From Leptonemataceae bacterium (GTDB lineage Bacteria > Spirochaetota > Leptospiria > Leptospirales > Leptonemataceae): a DNA stretch of 64,000 nt. The notes below the pieces were generated by a model. It had not been told where the DNA came from and did not search any database. It was given only the letters and a program-made list of their open reading frames with translations. Below are positions 26,890-37,840 of the stretch, one piece after another. Position 1 is the stretch's first letter; every line of letters begins with the position of its first letter. A program made the position numbers and the translations under genes. Location of the stretch: NCBI GenBank assembly GCA_965227295.1, contig OZ245742.1:928001-992000 (forward strand), written 5' to 3'.

Positions 26890-29704
26890 AAACAAGAAAA
26901 GCGGGCATCGAACGGGACGACAAGTACTTCCGTGGCCCGGCCTCGTGCTGGTGATCCTGACGCTGGCGCCCACCGCGCTCTCCGCACAGATCACCGCGAA
27001 GGGCATTGTGCGCGACGGATCGACGGAAGCGCCCATCGCCGACGCCCGGGTGATCATCTTCGAAACCCGGAGCGCCGTCTTCAGCGGGCCGGACGGTACG
27101 TTCGCCGTGGAAGTGCCGGAGCCGGGATTCTACACGTTCCGCATCGTAGTCGGCGGCGAAATCCAGCAGCTCCGCCGGCAGATCCGTTTCGAAAACCAGG
27201 AGTTCACGCTCTACTTCGGCGAGCGAGCGCCGCAGCAGGAAGACGAAGCCGACGTCGAAGAGGGCGCCATCTCCATCGTCGGACTCAAGGATCAAACGAA
27301 ACTGTCCCGCTTTAGGTTCTCACGAGATGAGATTAAGCGCCTGCCCGGCGTCTACGGAGATTCTCTCAAGGCCGTGGAGACGTTGCCCGGCATCAGCGCC
27401 GCGCCGCCGGTGGGTGTTTTGCCGTCCTCGAACCCGCTGTCCAACTCTACAATCTCCAGCTTCGGCGTCGGCCCGCCGTACAGCAATTCTCAGACCGGCG
27501 TGCTCGTAATCCGCGGCTCCGGCGCCCGGGCGTCAGCGTTCTTTCTCGACGGACTCAAAATTCAGTACCCCTTTCACCTGGGCGATCAATCCAGCGTCAT
27601 TCACAACGACTACATTCGGAACGTGGACGTCTATACCGGAACGTATCCCGTGCGTTACGGCAACTCCACCGGCGGCATCATTTCGATCGAAGGGCCGACC
27701 AAAGTCGAACGCACCACGACACACATCAACGTCTCCATGTTCAAGTCCGATGCGTTCATCGAAACGCCGCTGCCGTTTCTGCCCGGCGAGATGTACTTCG
27801 TCGGTTCCGCCCGACAATCGTATCCGAACTATCCGTTGTTGATTCTCTATCCCGAAGCGATTCCCGCGAACGCGAAGTACGCAAACTATCAGGACGGCCA
27901 GTTCAAACTGGGCGGCAAGTTCGGCAACAACCACGAGTTCGCTCTGCTCTACTTCGGCGCGCGCGACATCCTCGACTACGCGCGCTCGGTGGACGAACTT
28001 TCCAGCGACGAGAGCGGAGGTCTCGGCGGAGCGGGGGGCGCCCTCGGCGGCGCGGCCGGGGGCGGTGGCCTCACGGACCCGGACACCGAGGGCAGTCGAC
28101 CGCCCGTGGGCCTGGACCGTTCTTTTCATACGCAGGGTCTGAGCTACGCGTACAGCTACGGCGGTTATTTCCGTACCACCATCTACGCGCAGGTTAGTAG
28201 ATTCAAAGAAGACTTCGAGCTGGACTTTCGTTCACCCTTCACGGGAGAAACCATCTTCGGCTACGAGGTTCTCGACGCGCGGCGGGAGTTCCAGGTGCGC
28301 GATGAGATCCAGTACGAACTCATTCGCAAGCACGCTGTGTTGAATCTCGGCTTTGAATACAACGACTATCGCTGGGAGTTATCCCTCGATAACTTTTCGC
28401 CGCAGCAGAGCGTCAATCCGAACACACCGGACTTCGTGGAGGTCGTCAACGATCTCGTCGAGAACGATCCCACGTTCCGGGCTCTATTGGACGGCGATCG
28501 CACGAACTTCAATCTAAACGCGTACTTCGCCGAGTTGGAGCTCGCCTTCTGGCGTTTCCGCCTTACTCCGGGAGTCCGCCACGAGTACTACAGCCTTTCG
28601 AACAGCACCGGCCTGGGCCCTCGCGCGGGGGTGGAATTCAACATCCCCGAAACGGATACCGTGTTACTCGCCGGAGCCGGACGTCACTTCAACGTACCGA
28701 CGTCGCTTTCCTTCGTCTCGGTAGAGGCCGGCAATCCGTACTTAAAGATGGAAGAGTCGGATCATCTCGCCGCCGGCATCGAGCAGAAGTTCGGCAAAGA
28801 GTGGTTGTTCAAGCTGGAGGTCTTTCGCAATTACTTTCGGAACCTGGTGGTGGAAGATCAGTTTATTGTGATTCCGCTTTCGCCGCGTACAAATCGTCGC
28901 GACCAGGTGACGAATGCGCAAAACATCATTGAAGAGCCGTTTGAGAATCGCTTTCTGAACTACTCCAACGACGGCGAAGGTTTCAGCGAAGGCTTCGAGG
29001 TTTATCTGAAGAAATCCCGGCCGCCGGGCAGCAGCGGCTGGTTCGGCTGGATCAGCTATACGAACAGTATCGCGAAACGCAACAATCACCAGCCGCGGCT
29101 GAGCACCGAGGAACGCCAGGACTTAGCATCCCGCAACGCCACTCGCTCGATCCTCTCGTACGTCGAAGTCGACGACATCATCTGGTATTACTACGACACC
29201 GGCGAAAGCGAGTTCTTCTATGACAACGACCGCGAGGAACTTTACGACCTGGACCGCACGCATCAGATCAGCTTCGTGCTCAACTACAAGTTCAACGCCG
29301 AATGGCAGATCGGCTCACGCTGGCGTTACTCCACGAACGTTCCGTTCACGCCGATTGTCGGTAACCAGGATGTTTTCAATCTACCCGTGGTGGACCGGCC
29401 CACGTTTCTCGCGCGCTACAGCGATCGCTACAACTCGGATCGCCTGCATCCCGTCCATCAACTGGACATCCGCCTGGATCGTTTCTTAAATTACGGCTGG
29501 GGTTATGCGAACTGGTATGTCGAACTGATCAACGTCTACGCCCGCCGCAATCCCGAGAGCGAGAACTTCTCGTTCCTGCTGCCCTACAATCGCGGAAGCA
29601 ACCCGTCCATCGTCTACGAATCCACGTTCATCGAAACACCGGCGGGCGGCGGCCGCAAGTGGCTCTTTCCGCTGATCAACCTGGGTCTGGAGTTAAAATT
29701 TTAA
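26873..29704 (+). CDS. TonB-dependent receptor with N-terminal carboxypeptidase-regulatory-like domain; start uncertain
   Basis: EIKRLPG..GD..KAVETLPGI, IRGSG, YPVRYGNSTGGII plug motif, LTPGVR, C-terminal LGLELKF. Confidence 0.9.
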   Translation: MRRTDTNKKSGHRTGRQVLPWPGLVLVILTLAPTALSAQITAKGIVRDGSTEAPIADARVIIFETRSAVFSGPDGTFAVEVPEPGFYTFRIVVGGEIQQLRRQIRFENQEFTLYFGERAPQQEDEADVEEGAISIVGLKDQTKLSRFRFSRDEIKRLPGVYGDSLKAVETLPGISAAPPVGVLPSSNPLSNSTISSFGVGPPYSNSQTGVLVIRGSGARASAFFLDGLKIQYPFHLGDQSSVIHNDYIRNVDVYTGTYPVRYGNSTGGIISIEGPTKVERTTTHINVSMFKSDAFIETPLPFLPGEMYFVGSARQSYPNYPLLILYPEAIPANAKYANYQDGQFKLGGKFGNNHEFALLYFGARDILDYARSVDELSSDESGGLGGAGGALGGAAGGGGLTDPDTEGSRPPVGLDRSFHTQGLSYAYSYGGYFRTTIYAQVSRFKEDFELDFRSPFTGETIFGYEVLDARREFQVRDEIQYELIRKHAVLNLGFEYNDYRWELSLDNFSPQQSVNPNTPDFVEVVNDLVENDPTFRALLDGDRTNFNLNAYFAELELAFWRFRLTPGVRHEYYSLSNSTGLGPRAGVEFNIPETDTVLLAGAGRHFNVPTSLSFVSVEAGNPYLKMEESDHLAAGIEQKFGKEWLFKLEVFRNYFRNLVVEDQFIVIPLSPRTNRRDQVTNAQNIIEEPFENRFLNYSNDGEGFSEGFEVYLKKSRPPGSSGWFGWISYTNSIAKRNNHQPRLSTEERQDLASRNATRSILSYVEVDDIIWYYYDTGESEFFYDNDREELYDLDRTHQISFVLNYKFNAEWQIGSRWRYSTNVPFTPIVGNQDVFNLPVVDRPTFLARYSDRYNSDRLHPVHQLDIRLDRFLNYGWGYANWYVELINVYARRNPESENFSFLLPYNRGSNPSIVYESTFIETPAGGGRKWLFPLINLGLELKF

Positions 29705-29721
29705 CTTAACATGTTAAATCT

Positions 29722-30486
29722 ATGAAAACCATGCAACTGACAACGTTCGCGTTCCTGGCCGGATTGCTCGCCTGCGCGCCCGTCGAGCAACGCGACGACG
29801 GCCCCGAGGATGCGTTGAATGCCGCCGGCCTGGCCACGTACCTCGCAGCGGCTTCCGGAGACTGCGTGCAAATGATCCGGGCCGGCGACAACCTCGGTCG
29901 ACTGAGCTGTACGCGGACACCGCCGTCGAACTGCGCCGTGGATCGCATCATCGACCTGGGCGGCAACGCCATCGTAACCGTGGAAACCGAGCAACGATAC
30001 ACCAACGCCTGGGCGCGCATCACGGATACGTATCCGTTCTGTCAGGTCACCGCGGCCACGGCGGTGCAAACGGGGATATTTACCGCGACGACCGACGACG
30101 CGATCAAGAACCTCAATGAAAGCGTGTATCGCGTCGTGAACAACTGCGACACCCTGCGCAACGAAAACACGACCCCGCTCGTTTCGGAGACCGAACACGA
30201 GTTTCTAATTTCACCGCGCGGCGTACTGGCCACCCAGGCCTGGGCGCTGAGCCAGAATTTCGTGAACAATGATCCGGAGGACGGCACCGAGGATCCCGCC
30301 ATCGATTGTTATCTGGCGTTGACGTTCTTTGAATGGGAGCGCACGTTGATCCAGGCCGTGTCGAACACGGAGCGCGTGAATCAGACCCTCTGCCTCTACG
30401 GATCGACGGCAGCCGGGAACTTCCCGTGCAGCGAACAGGAGCGGCTCATCCTGCATCCGTTCGACTTCGATCCCACCACGCTGTAA
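29722..30486 (+). CDS. Cys-rich lipoprotein
   Basis: Lipobox LLAC; multiple Cys; directly follows the TonB receptor. Confidence 0.7.
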   Translation: MKTMQLTTFAFLAGLLACAPVEQRDDGPEDALNAAGLATYLAAASGDCVQMIRAGDNLGRLSCTRTPPSNCAVDRIIDLGGNAIVTVETEQRYTNAWARITDTYPFCQVTAATAVQTGIFTATTDDAIKNLNESVYRVVNNCDTLRNENTTPLVSETEHEFLISPRGVLATQAWALSQNFVNNDPEDGTEDPAIDCYLALTFFEWERTLIQAVSNTERVNQTLCLYGSTAAGNFPCSEQERLILHPFDFDPTTL

Positions 30487-30509
30487 TAACATTGTCTCAG
30501 AGTAACTTA

Positions 30510-31082
30510 ATGGAACAAAACAATCTACAGCACATTCGCGCGTCCCTCAGTTCCCGGGACTGGCACGGCCCGGATTGCTGGGGCTGCGGCCCGCAGTCGC
30601 CGGACGGGTTGCACGCCGACTTTCGCTTCGATGAGGACAGCGGCGAGGTGCGCTTCGCGTACCAACCGCGCCCGTCTCATCGCGGGGCGCCGGGGTACGT
30701 GCACGGCGGCGTGCTCGCCGCAGTTCTGGATGAGGCCCAGGGCGTACTCTGTTATCATCTCGGTCACGCGGTGATGACCGAACAGCTCCACGTCAAGTAC
30801 CACAAGGCCACGCCGCTCTTCGACGAATTTCACGTGCGCTGCTGGATCACGGCGGTTCGTCGACGCCGGGCCTATACGAAAGCCGAACTGCGCGGCAAGG
30901 GCGGCGAACTGCTCGTCAGCGGTCGGGGCTCCTGGTACATCCTCGCCGAACGCATAGTCAAACGTATGTTCTCCGGCGAGTTCGAGAGTCACGCTCATGA
31001 GTTCGAAGTGATGCGCGCCGTGCTGGAAGAAAACCGCAAACGCGCGCGGCAGATTCGCCGGAGGATTCGCGATTCACGTTGA
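30510..31082 (+). CDS. PaaI/hotdog-fold thioesterase
   Basis: CWGCG...GL, GAPGYVHGGVLAAVLDE. Confidence 0.88.
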   Translation: MEQNNLQHIRASLSSRDWHGPDCWGCGPQSPDGLHADFRFDEDSGEVRFAYQPRPSHRGAPGYVHGGVLAAVLDEAQGVLCYHLGHAVMTEQLHVKYHKATPLFDEFHVRCWITAVRRRRAYTKAELRGKGGELLVSGRGSWYILAERIVKRMFSGEFESHAHEFEVMRAVLEENRKRARQIRRRIRDSR

Positions 31083-31102
31083 GTGCGCCGGCGATCCGAA
31101 AT

Positions 31103-32449
31103 TCAATCTTCCTGAGATCGTTCCCGAAAGCCCGCCGCGAAAATCACAAACGCCACGGCAATCAACACGGCGCCGACCCAACAACTCAGGCGAATCCCGA
31201 AGTCGTCGCCGCGATCTCTGCCGAGCAGCGCGAAGGACGCAAACATTCCGGCACCGAGGGTTACGCCCGTCTTTAAGCTGAAGTTACGCCCGGCCACGAA
31301 CATGGCGTCGCTGCTGTGGCTGCCGGCGCGATCGGCGCAGTCCGCAACGACCGCCATGGTCAGCGCAAGCATGGATCCCAGCGGCAGCCCGGCCAGGAAG
31401 AAAACGACGAAGGCCTGCACAAGCGCGGGAATCGGAGCGTAGGCTTCTCCGAGAAACGAGACTAACATCAACAACACACCGAGCAGCACGAACGTACCGA
31501 GGATCACGGCTTTTTTTCCGAAACGTTCGGACAACGCGTCCGCCACCGGCACGGCCCCGAGCGACGACGGTACCATCACGGCCATCAGTGCGGAGAACCA
31601 ACCGTCGTCCAGTTCGAGTAAGACCGTCGCATAGTAGACGGCGCCTGCCTGGACCATCTCCACGCAGGCCATGAATATGGCGAAGGCGAGCAGAAATACG
31701 GCAAAATCTCGATTGCGGAGCACGCTTGCAAACTCACTGTAAAAGGAAGTTAGCAAGCCCGCATCGTCCTCCTGTTCCGGCAGAGCATCCCGGCCACGCA
31801 GGGCAAAGATCGGCACGAGCATTAGAACGAACGCGAGGACGCACAGAACTACGAAGGCCCACTGTCGGGACACGAAACCGGCGACGCCCAAGGACTCGAA
31901 GAGTGTCCAGAGGAGCGGAGCCTGTCCCGCCGTTAGGATGCCCAGAGCCTCGCCTCCGCCCTGGAACGCGCCGTAGCGCAGGCGTTCATCCTCATTCGAA
32001 CAAACCGACGTCATGTGCGCGAGCAGCGGAGTCAGAAACGCACTGAGGGCCGTTAAGAGGATCGCAAAAACAATCGTAACGTAAATGATGTTGGCCGGAC
32101 CGGGATTCGCATTCGGTGGAAAAAACAACAGCGCTCCCGCTGCGGCAGCAGGCAACGCGGCTTTTTCCAGGAACGGCAGACGCCGGCCGCGCCGATGCCG
32201 GGACCGGTCCGATCGATGCGCGATCCAGGGATCTACAATAATATCCCACAACCGTACGCCTATGAGAATCAACGCAAGAACACCGACGCCCCCGAAGACC
32301 GGTTCCGTGGGCAACAGCGGCTTCAGGTTTTCATGCGCCGGCGGCAGGTAAAAATGAATGAGATACAACGCCGAAAGATAAAACGGAATCGTGTATCCGG
32401 CGGAACCGAGTAAATAAACGATCGGTGAAATGCGCTTCGTGTCGGCCAT
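31103..32449 (-). CDS. MFS transporter (MelB/GPH-like)
   Basis: RLWDIIVDPWIAHRSDR...GRRLPF, SERFGKK; about 12 TM. Confidence 0.85.
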   Translation of the reverse strand: MADTKRISPIVYLLGSAGYTIPFYLSALYLIHFYLPPAHENLKPLLPTEPVFGGVGVLALILIGVRLWDIIVDPWIAHRSDRSRHRRGRRLPFLEKAALPAAAAGALLFFPPNANPGPANIIYVTIVFAILLTALSAFLTPLLAHMTSVCSNEDERLRYGAFQGGGEALGILTAGQAPLLWTLFESLGVAGFVSRQWAFVVLCVLAFVLMLVPIFALRGRDALPEQEDDAGLLTSFYSEFASVLRNRDFAVFLLAFAIFMACVEMVQAGAVYYATVLLELDDGWFSALMAVMVPSSLGAVPVADALSERFGKKAVILGTFVLLGVLLMLVSFLGEAYAPIPALVQAFVVFFLAGLPLGSMLALTMAVVADCADRAGSHSSDAMFVAGRNFSLKTGVTLGAGMFASFALLGRDRGDDFGIRLSCWVGAVLIAVAFVIFAAGFRERSQED

Positions 32450-32455
32450 GTTCCT

Positions 32456-34021
32456 TCAACGCGCCCGCAGCAATCGCTCGAGCGCGGCCTTCTTCTTTCG
32501 CGACAACCGCAGGTACTCCCGCGCCCGGCCATGGGTCGGCTGCAATAACAGGGCGCGTTCGAATTTCAAGATCGCAGCGTCGTAGCTCCGTTCCTCGTAA
32601 TCATCGATGCCCGCACGGACCAGGGGCTCCACGCGGCCGGCATGGCTGCGCCGCAGGTCCGCCAGGGCCGCGTGCGCGCTGCGGTTTTCCGGCAGAACGC
32701 GCACGGCTCGCTGATATTTCTCAACGGCCTCAAAGATGCGGCCGTTCTTTGCCAGTCTGCCGGCGGCCGCACTCTCGCTTTCCGACAGGGCGCGGCGGGC
32801 ATCCACGGAACCGCGCCGGGCCTCGACCAGGCCGGGGCTGATCCTCAAGGCGTGCTCGTAGTCGTTCAGGGCGGCCGCGTAACTTTTATTGATCATATGT
32901 TTACGCGCGGACTTCAGCAACGCCCTCGTGCGCGGCCCGGAGATACGCTCCACCGCCAGGCTGCGATACGTGGATGCGTGACGATTTCCGGGATCCTGCT
33001 CAAGGATTGCGTCGAAGATGCGCCGGGCAGATTCAAACTCCCCCCGATCATACAAACGAACCCCGGCGGCAATCAAACGCGTGGTGCGCGCCCGACGGCG
33101 AATGTAGTCCGGAAACTCGATGCCCTGAGCGCCGGCGTAATCTTCATTCAAATGAATCGCAGTATACTCCGGAAAGGCGAATCCTTCCGCCGCGCACGTG
33201 GACTCCCCACGCAGCAAACGTTCCGCCATGCGACCGGTCACGACGCCCACGTTCCCGTAGTCCGGCGTCACCGCAAACGTCGCCCCCGAACGTACGAGCG
33301 AAGCAAAGTTCGCCATCAACACAATGCCGTTCTTTCGGCTGAACGCTGAAACGGCGGCAAAACTTCGGCGATTGTAGAGCGGATCATTGACGACCATAAT
33401 TGCGTCGGCCTGGTCGCGAATTTCCTCCAGCGCCCGGGCCAGCTCATCGGCGTCACGAACCCGGAGCGATTCGTAGTAAAGGCCATGTTCCAGGTCGGTG
33501 TAGCGACCTTCGTCCGCGCGAAAACGTCCCTCCGGCGTACTGTAAAAGGCGAAGACGCGCTGAGCATCCGGTCGGCTGGCCTTGAGAACGCGAAAGAACT
33601 CGCTCATGCGAATATCGAGGCCCACGCCGCAGGATCCGGCAACGTCCTCCCCGAGGCTGCGCGGCGCATCCACCATCGAGAGCAACACCGGCGTTCGTCG
33701 TAAAGCCTGTAGCGCCGCCCGGCTCGCGGCCGGGCCGAAAGAAATCAGCAGCGGATAACCCTCGGATTCGATCGCCTGGAAGTACGCGGCCGCGCCGCCG
33801 TCCTGTTCCCGCAAGCGATCCAGGTACTCCACCCGCAGTTGCGCGTTCACCGACGAACGCAAACCACTGAGCCCGGCAGCATAGATCGACGTATCGGAGG
33901 ATAACAAGACCGCCACCGGGTTTATGACGGGAACGCGGTCCTGCGCGGGCGATGGTTGGGCCCACAACAGAAACCAAAAGGCGCCGAGGAGACGCCGGGG
34001 AACGAATGCGCGAAATTTCAT
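32456..34021 (-). CDS. ABC-type substrate-binding domain fused to TPR repeats
   Basis: Signal peptide; DAIMVVND, LVRSGATFAVTPDYGNVG...G.MA; C-terminal TPRs (ALLLQPTHGRA). Confidence 0.75.
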   Translation of the reverse strand: MKFRAFVPRRLLGAFWFLLWAQPSPAQDRVPVINPVAVLLSSDTSIYAAGLSGLRSSVNAQLRVEYLDRLREQDGGAAAYFQAIESEGYPLLISFGPAASRAALQALRRTPVLLSMVDAPRSLGEDVAGSCGVGLDIRMSEFFRVLKASRPDAQRVFAFYSTPEGRFRADEGRYTDLEHGLYYESLRVRDADELARALEEIRDQADAIMVVNDPLYNRRSFAAVSAFSRKNGIVLMANFASLVRSGATFAVTPDYGNVGVVTGRMAERLLRGESTCAAEGFAFPEYTAIHLNEDYAGAQGIEFPDYIRRRARTTRLIAAGVRLYDRGEFESARRIFDAILEQDPGNRHASTYRSLAVERISGPRTRALLKSARKHMINKSYAAALNDYEHALRISPGLVEARRGSVDARRALSESESAAAGRLAKNGRIFEAVEKYQRAVRVLPENRSAHAALADLRRSHAGRVEPLVRAGIDDYEERSYDAAILKFERALLLQPTHGRAREYLRLSRKKKAALERLLRAR

Positions 34022-34030
34022 AACATCATT

Positions 34031-34993
34031 TCACTGGATATTAATGCGCCCCTCGATCAACGGGCGGGCCGGCGTTCCCTGCATCGTAAGATTCATAAGG
34101 TACTCCAGAACAATGTCCTGATCCACGCCGCGGTCCTCGGAGAGTACTATTACGGTCCCGTCGTTGGAAACCTCCGCCTGGTTCGGGTCGAACGTCGGGT
34201 GGCCGTCATTGCCGCGGGCAATGAAATCGCCCAGGGCGAGGACGTAAGAATTGCAGGCCGCGCTGAGAGTGAATGTCGAACACGAGGCCGCGCCGCCGGA
34301 CCAACCGACGGACGGATCGCCGTCGGCGTTGTCGTAGATGATGGAACCGTTCACAGTCAACCGCACCACCCGTCGACCCGGCGTGGTGATCTGCAAACTA
34401 TCCGACGCAGCCGAACCCGAAGTAATCTGGGCCTGGTTCGCCACACGAACGTCCATCTGCAAGTTCGAAGACAAATGCAAGAAGCGTCCGTTCCCCGCCG
34501 ACTGAGTGAAGAAGCAGTTTCCGTGCTGCGCGCCGTCGGCATCGGCGTCGGCGCCCTCCAAAGCGGTGGCCGTGGTACCGAGGCGCGAGACGCCTTCTTC
34601 CAGTGACTGCTTCAACCGAAATGCCGCAATGCGAATCTGAAACACACGATCCCGAAAGAAAATCGTCTGCGCGATTTGCTCACCGGTAACGGTGCCGGCC
34701 GGAATGAAATCCAGCCCCTGGTCGTCGCGAATGGCTCCGCCGTTAAACACGGCAATGCTTGAGCCGGTCTGCGCGGCGAAGGCATCGGTGACCAGGTTGC
34801 CCATGCGCGTTTCGCAGCCCAGCATCCAATCGCTGCGCAGGTTGAGGTTCGAGTCCACCTGCGCCGAACCGATGATGCGCGGAATGCCCGCCGCGGCCAG
34901 CAGTGCGTCCAGAGGATCCTCCGGCTCGCGTTCGATGCAAGCGCTCGTCGCGGCGAGGATCAGAAGCAATATGAAACGTTCGGCGATGCGCAT
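34031..34993 (-). CDS. Lipoprotein containing only the 5'-nucleotidase C-terminal domain
   Basis: Lipobox TSAC; ETRMGNLVTDA, FNGGAIR, LKQSLEEGVS, DFIARGNDGH; no metallophosphoesterase motifs. Confidence 0.8.
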   Translation of the reverse strand: MRIAERFILLLILAATSACIEREPEDPLDALLAAAGIPRIIGSAQVDSNLNLRSDWMLGCETRMGNLVTDAFAAQTGSSIAVFNGGAIRDDQGLDFIPAGTVTGEQIAQTIFFRDRVFQIRIAAFRLKQSLEEGVSRLGTTATALEGADADADGAQHGNCFFTQSAGNGRFLHLSSNLQMDVRVANQAQITSGSAASDSLQITTPGRRVVRLTVNGSIIYDNADGDPSVGWSGGAASCSTFTLSAACNSYVLALGDFIARGNDGHPTFDPNQAEVSNDGTVIVLSEDRGVDQDIVLEYLMNLTMQGTPARPLIEGRINIQ

Positions 34994-34999
34994 GGGACC

Positions 35000-37789
35000 T
35001 CAGAAAAAGTAACTTCCCTTAAGTTCAATATAGCGACCCTCCATGGGGATCGATCGATTCTTGAATGCGTTGGCCGCCGTATTAGCGTCGTCGTAGACCC
35101 TGAAATCCATGACGTTGAATACACTCAACTGCAAGCGAAAATTCTCGAAAACACGATCGCTCGTTGCGATACTCGTATTCCACAACGCATACACCGGAAA
35201 ATAAAAGCGCCGTTCCTCCTGGGTCTCGAACGGAAAACGATAGTTCGACCAACGCTCGGAAGAAACGTGCACGGCGTTATGCCAGTCCACGTACGGTCCG
35301 AGCCCCAACTGCACGCCGACATTGGCCCGCCACTGCGGGACAATCAAACGAAACGTGCGCACTTCGCGGGGAATCTCCTCGTTTTCCGGAAAGACGCCGC
35401 CCAGGTCCTGCACCCGAAACCAGGAATAGTTCACGTAGGCATAGTAACGCGGGCTGAGGCTCAGACGCACCTCCGCTTCCAGACCGCGAACATTAATGCC
35501 GTTTAAGTTTTTGTACAGATCCTCGGTTCCGGGAAAGGTATCGGAAGTATTCGTGCCTTCGATGTTATCTCGAATCCGGGTATCGAAGAAACTGCTGCTA
35601 ATCGAAAGCGGCTTCCAGGGCGTGCGATATTCAATGCCGGCCTCGTAGGTACGCACGGTTTCCGGGCGCAGGTCCGGATTTCCGAAGACGCCGCCCTCCT
35701 GGAAGCGTTGGGTTTGATCGAACAACTCCTGAAACGTTGGCGCGCGGAACGCTTCGCCGTAGAGCAAACGAAACGCAAGGCGACCGTACTCGGAATCGTC
35801 GACCGGGGTCAGGACCGCCCCGCTCTTCGGACTCAGCTCTTCGCCGAAGTCGCTGTAATTGTCGTAGCGAACGCCGAGCGTTAAAGAGAGCCACTCAAAG
35901 GGATCCCAGTTATCTTCGAGGAAAGCCCCGGTAACGAGGCGCTCGCCGTTCTGGTTCTTCGGTAAATTGTCGTAGTCGGCCGAAATCAGAAAGATGCGAT
36001 TAGTGTCAGTACCGGCAAAGTTCTTCTCGATGGTAAAGTTCGAAACTCGCAGGCGTTCGATTTGCAGGCCGATCAACAACGCGTTAGTGCGGGCAATGTC
36101 GATCTGCGAGACAAACTCGGTACCGAACGTCGAGGAATCGTAGGCTACATTCTGCCGCGGGCTTGCGCCCACATGATCGAGATCATCGGCGCGCTCCACC
36201 TGTGTATCGTCCTCGCGGTAGAGTGTATCGAAGTAAAGTTTGCCGCGCGCCGATACTCGCGAGGCGAATCGCAACTCATCGAAACCGACATCCACCAGGC
36301 TCAAGCGCTGCGTGGACTCCGACTCCGGACTGAGTTCCTGCAACTCGCCGACGTGCGGCCCGCGCTTCTCGGCGATGGTCTTCAACGAAACGTAGAAGCG
36401 ATCGTCCGTGCGCGCGTCGAAAAAGAAATTGCGCTGCTGTTTGCGGTCATTGGTACGAATCGTCGTCGCGAGCGGCAACGGCAGAACCGTGGCGCAGTTC
36501 ACCCGACGCGCCACATCCTCGGTGTCGTTCCAATCGTCGGGATTGCAGGTATCGTCGTGTTCGATGTGAAAAGTCTGGCGCTTCGCCTCGTACGCCGCCG
36601 CGTAGGCGCTGAGCGTCCAGTCGCCGCTGCGGTTACCGAAGAACACCGACGGTTCATACGCGGAGATGCGGCGGTCCGTCGTGCTGCGATCGGGAAAGGT
36701 CTGCGATTCGAACGTGGAATAGATGCCGCCTGTCCGTAGCGACACATCTCCCGAAAGGCCCTCGTCCCGAACGAGACGCCGCGTGATGACGTTGATGACA
36801 CCGACGAAAGCGTTCGTCCCGTGAATGGAGGAGCCTGGACCGCGCAGAATTTCCACGCGTTCCACGGCGTCCGCGCGAATATCGAGAAAGGTCGAGCCGT
36901 CGTAGAAGTTATTGATGCGATGGCCGTCCAGAAGCAACAACACGCCCGATCGCGAACGAATCCCGCGCAGCGAAATCTTAAAGAAACCAAACTGATCGTA
37001 AAACGTTTCAATGCCGGGCACGGCCTTGAGGATGTCCGTCAGGTTTCGTGCGCCGGATTGCACAATCTCTCGACGGCTGACCACGGTAGCCGTAGCGGTG
37101 ACGCGGTCCGCACCCCGCTCGGAAGGGGAACGCACGCGCTTCGAAACGATGGAAACCTCTCGCGATCGTTCTCCGATCATGCGAAAGATCTCTTCTTCTT
37201 CCGAAGCCGAACCGCCCCCCGGCTCCCGCCGATCGCGCAAAGGAAAATCAAAGCGTTTCGAGATGGGATCAAAGGCCACGTGTTCGTTCACGTTCGCAAA
37301 ACGTTGGCGGCGTTGCGGATTCGAGTCCAGGCGCAGGATGATCTGCCGGCTGAAATCGTCGATGCTCTCACCGTCCGCGCGTTGCAGCGCCGCGCGATCG
37401 ATCTCGATCCCTTCCAGATCGGCGAGCGGATCTCGCACCGCCACCGCGTCGATGACGATGCCCTCTCCGGGATGATAGATCTGTCCGTAGATTTCCAGGT
37501 TGCCCGAAGGCATGCGCCGGGCATAGCCGCTGACGAAAACAAAGGCCTCTTCGGGAAGATCGTCGCCGGGCCGCAAACGTTCAACTTCCCGCGTGCGATA
37601 TCCGGCTTCCTGAAGGGCGAGCGCCAGGTTGGAGCGAATCTCCTGCAACGGCAGGGCGTCGGAGTCGGCCGGCTCTTTGCCGTCGTACACGGCAATCTCG
37701 CCGATGAGGATCAGGCCGTCCGGCCGGGCAACCAGGTCGGTCGCCGGCAGGATCAAAAACAAAAACAGGGCCGCGGCGGATCGAAGCAT
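35000..37789 (-). CDS. TonB-dependent receptor with N-terminal extension
   Basis: SGARNLTDILKAVPGI, VERVEILRGPGSSIHGTNAFVGVINVIT, GEAFRAPT, NPDLRPE; C-terminal Phe. Confidence 0.92.
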   Translation of the reverse strand: MLRSAAALFLFLILPATDLVARPDGLILIGEIAVYDGKEPADSDALPLQEIRSNLALALQEAGYRTREVERLRPGDDLPEEAFVFVSGYARRMPSGNLEIYGQIYHPGEGIVIDAVAVRDPLADLEGIEIDRAALQRADGESIDDFSRQIILRLDSNPQRRQRFANVNEHVAFDPISKRFDFPLRDRREPGGGSASEEEEIFRMIGERSREVSIVSKRVRSPSERGADRVTATATVVSRREIVQSGARNLTDILKAVPGIETFYDQFGFFKISLRGIRSRSGVLLLLDGHRINNFYDGSTFLDIRADAVERVEILRGPGSSIHGTNAFVGVINVITRRLVRDEGLSGDVSLRTGGIYSTFESQTFPDRSTTDRRISAYEPSVFFGNRSGDWTLSAYAAAYEAKRQTFHIEHDDTCNPDDWNDTEDVARRVNCATVLPLPLATTIRTNDRKQQRNFFFDARTDDRFYVSLKTIAEKRGPHVGELQELSPESESTQRLSLVDVGFDELRFASRVSARGKLYFDTLYREDDTQVERADDLDHVGASPRQNVAYDSSTFGTEFVSQIDIARTNALLIGLQIERLRVSNFTIEKNFAGTDTNRIFLISADYDNLPKNQNGERLVTGAFLEDNWDPFEWLSLTLGVRYDNYSDFGEELSPKSGAVLTPVDDSEYGRLAFRLLYGEAFRAPTFQELFDQTQRFQEGGVFGNPDLRPETVRTYEAGIEYRTPWKPLSISSSFFDTRIRDNIEGTNTSDTFPGTEDLYKNLNGINVRGLEAEVRLSLSPRYYAYVNYSWFRVQDLGGVFPENEEIPREVRTFRLIVPQWRANVGVQLGLGPYVDWHNAVHVSSERWSNYRFPFETQEERRFYFPVYALWNTSIATSDRVFENFRLQLSVFNVMDFRVYDDANTAANAFKNRSIPMEGRYIELKGSYFF

Positions 37790-37840
37790 TCACCACTCTC
37801 CGCTCGCCGACGAGCCGGAGGATTGCTGAACATCATAGAC

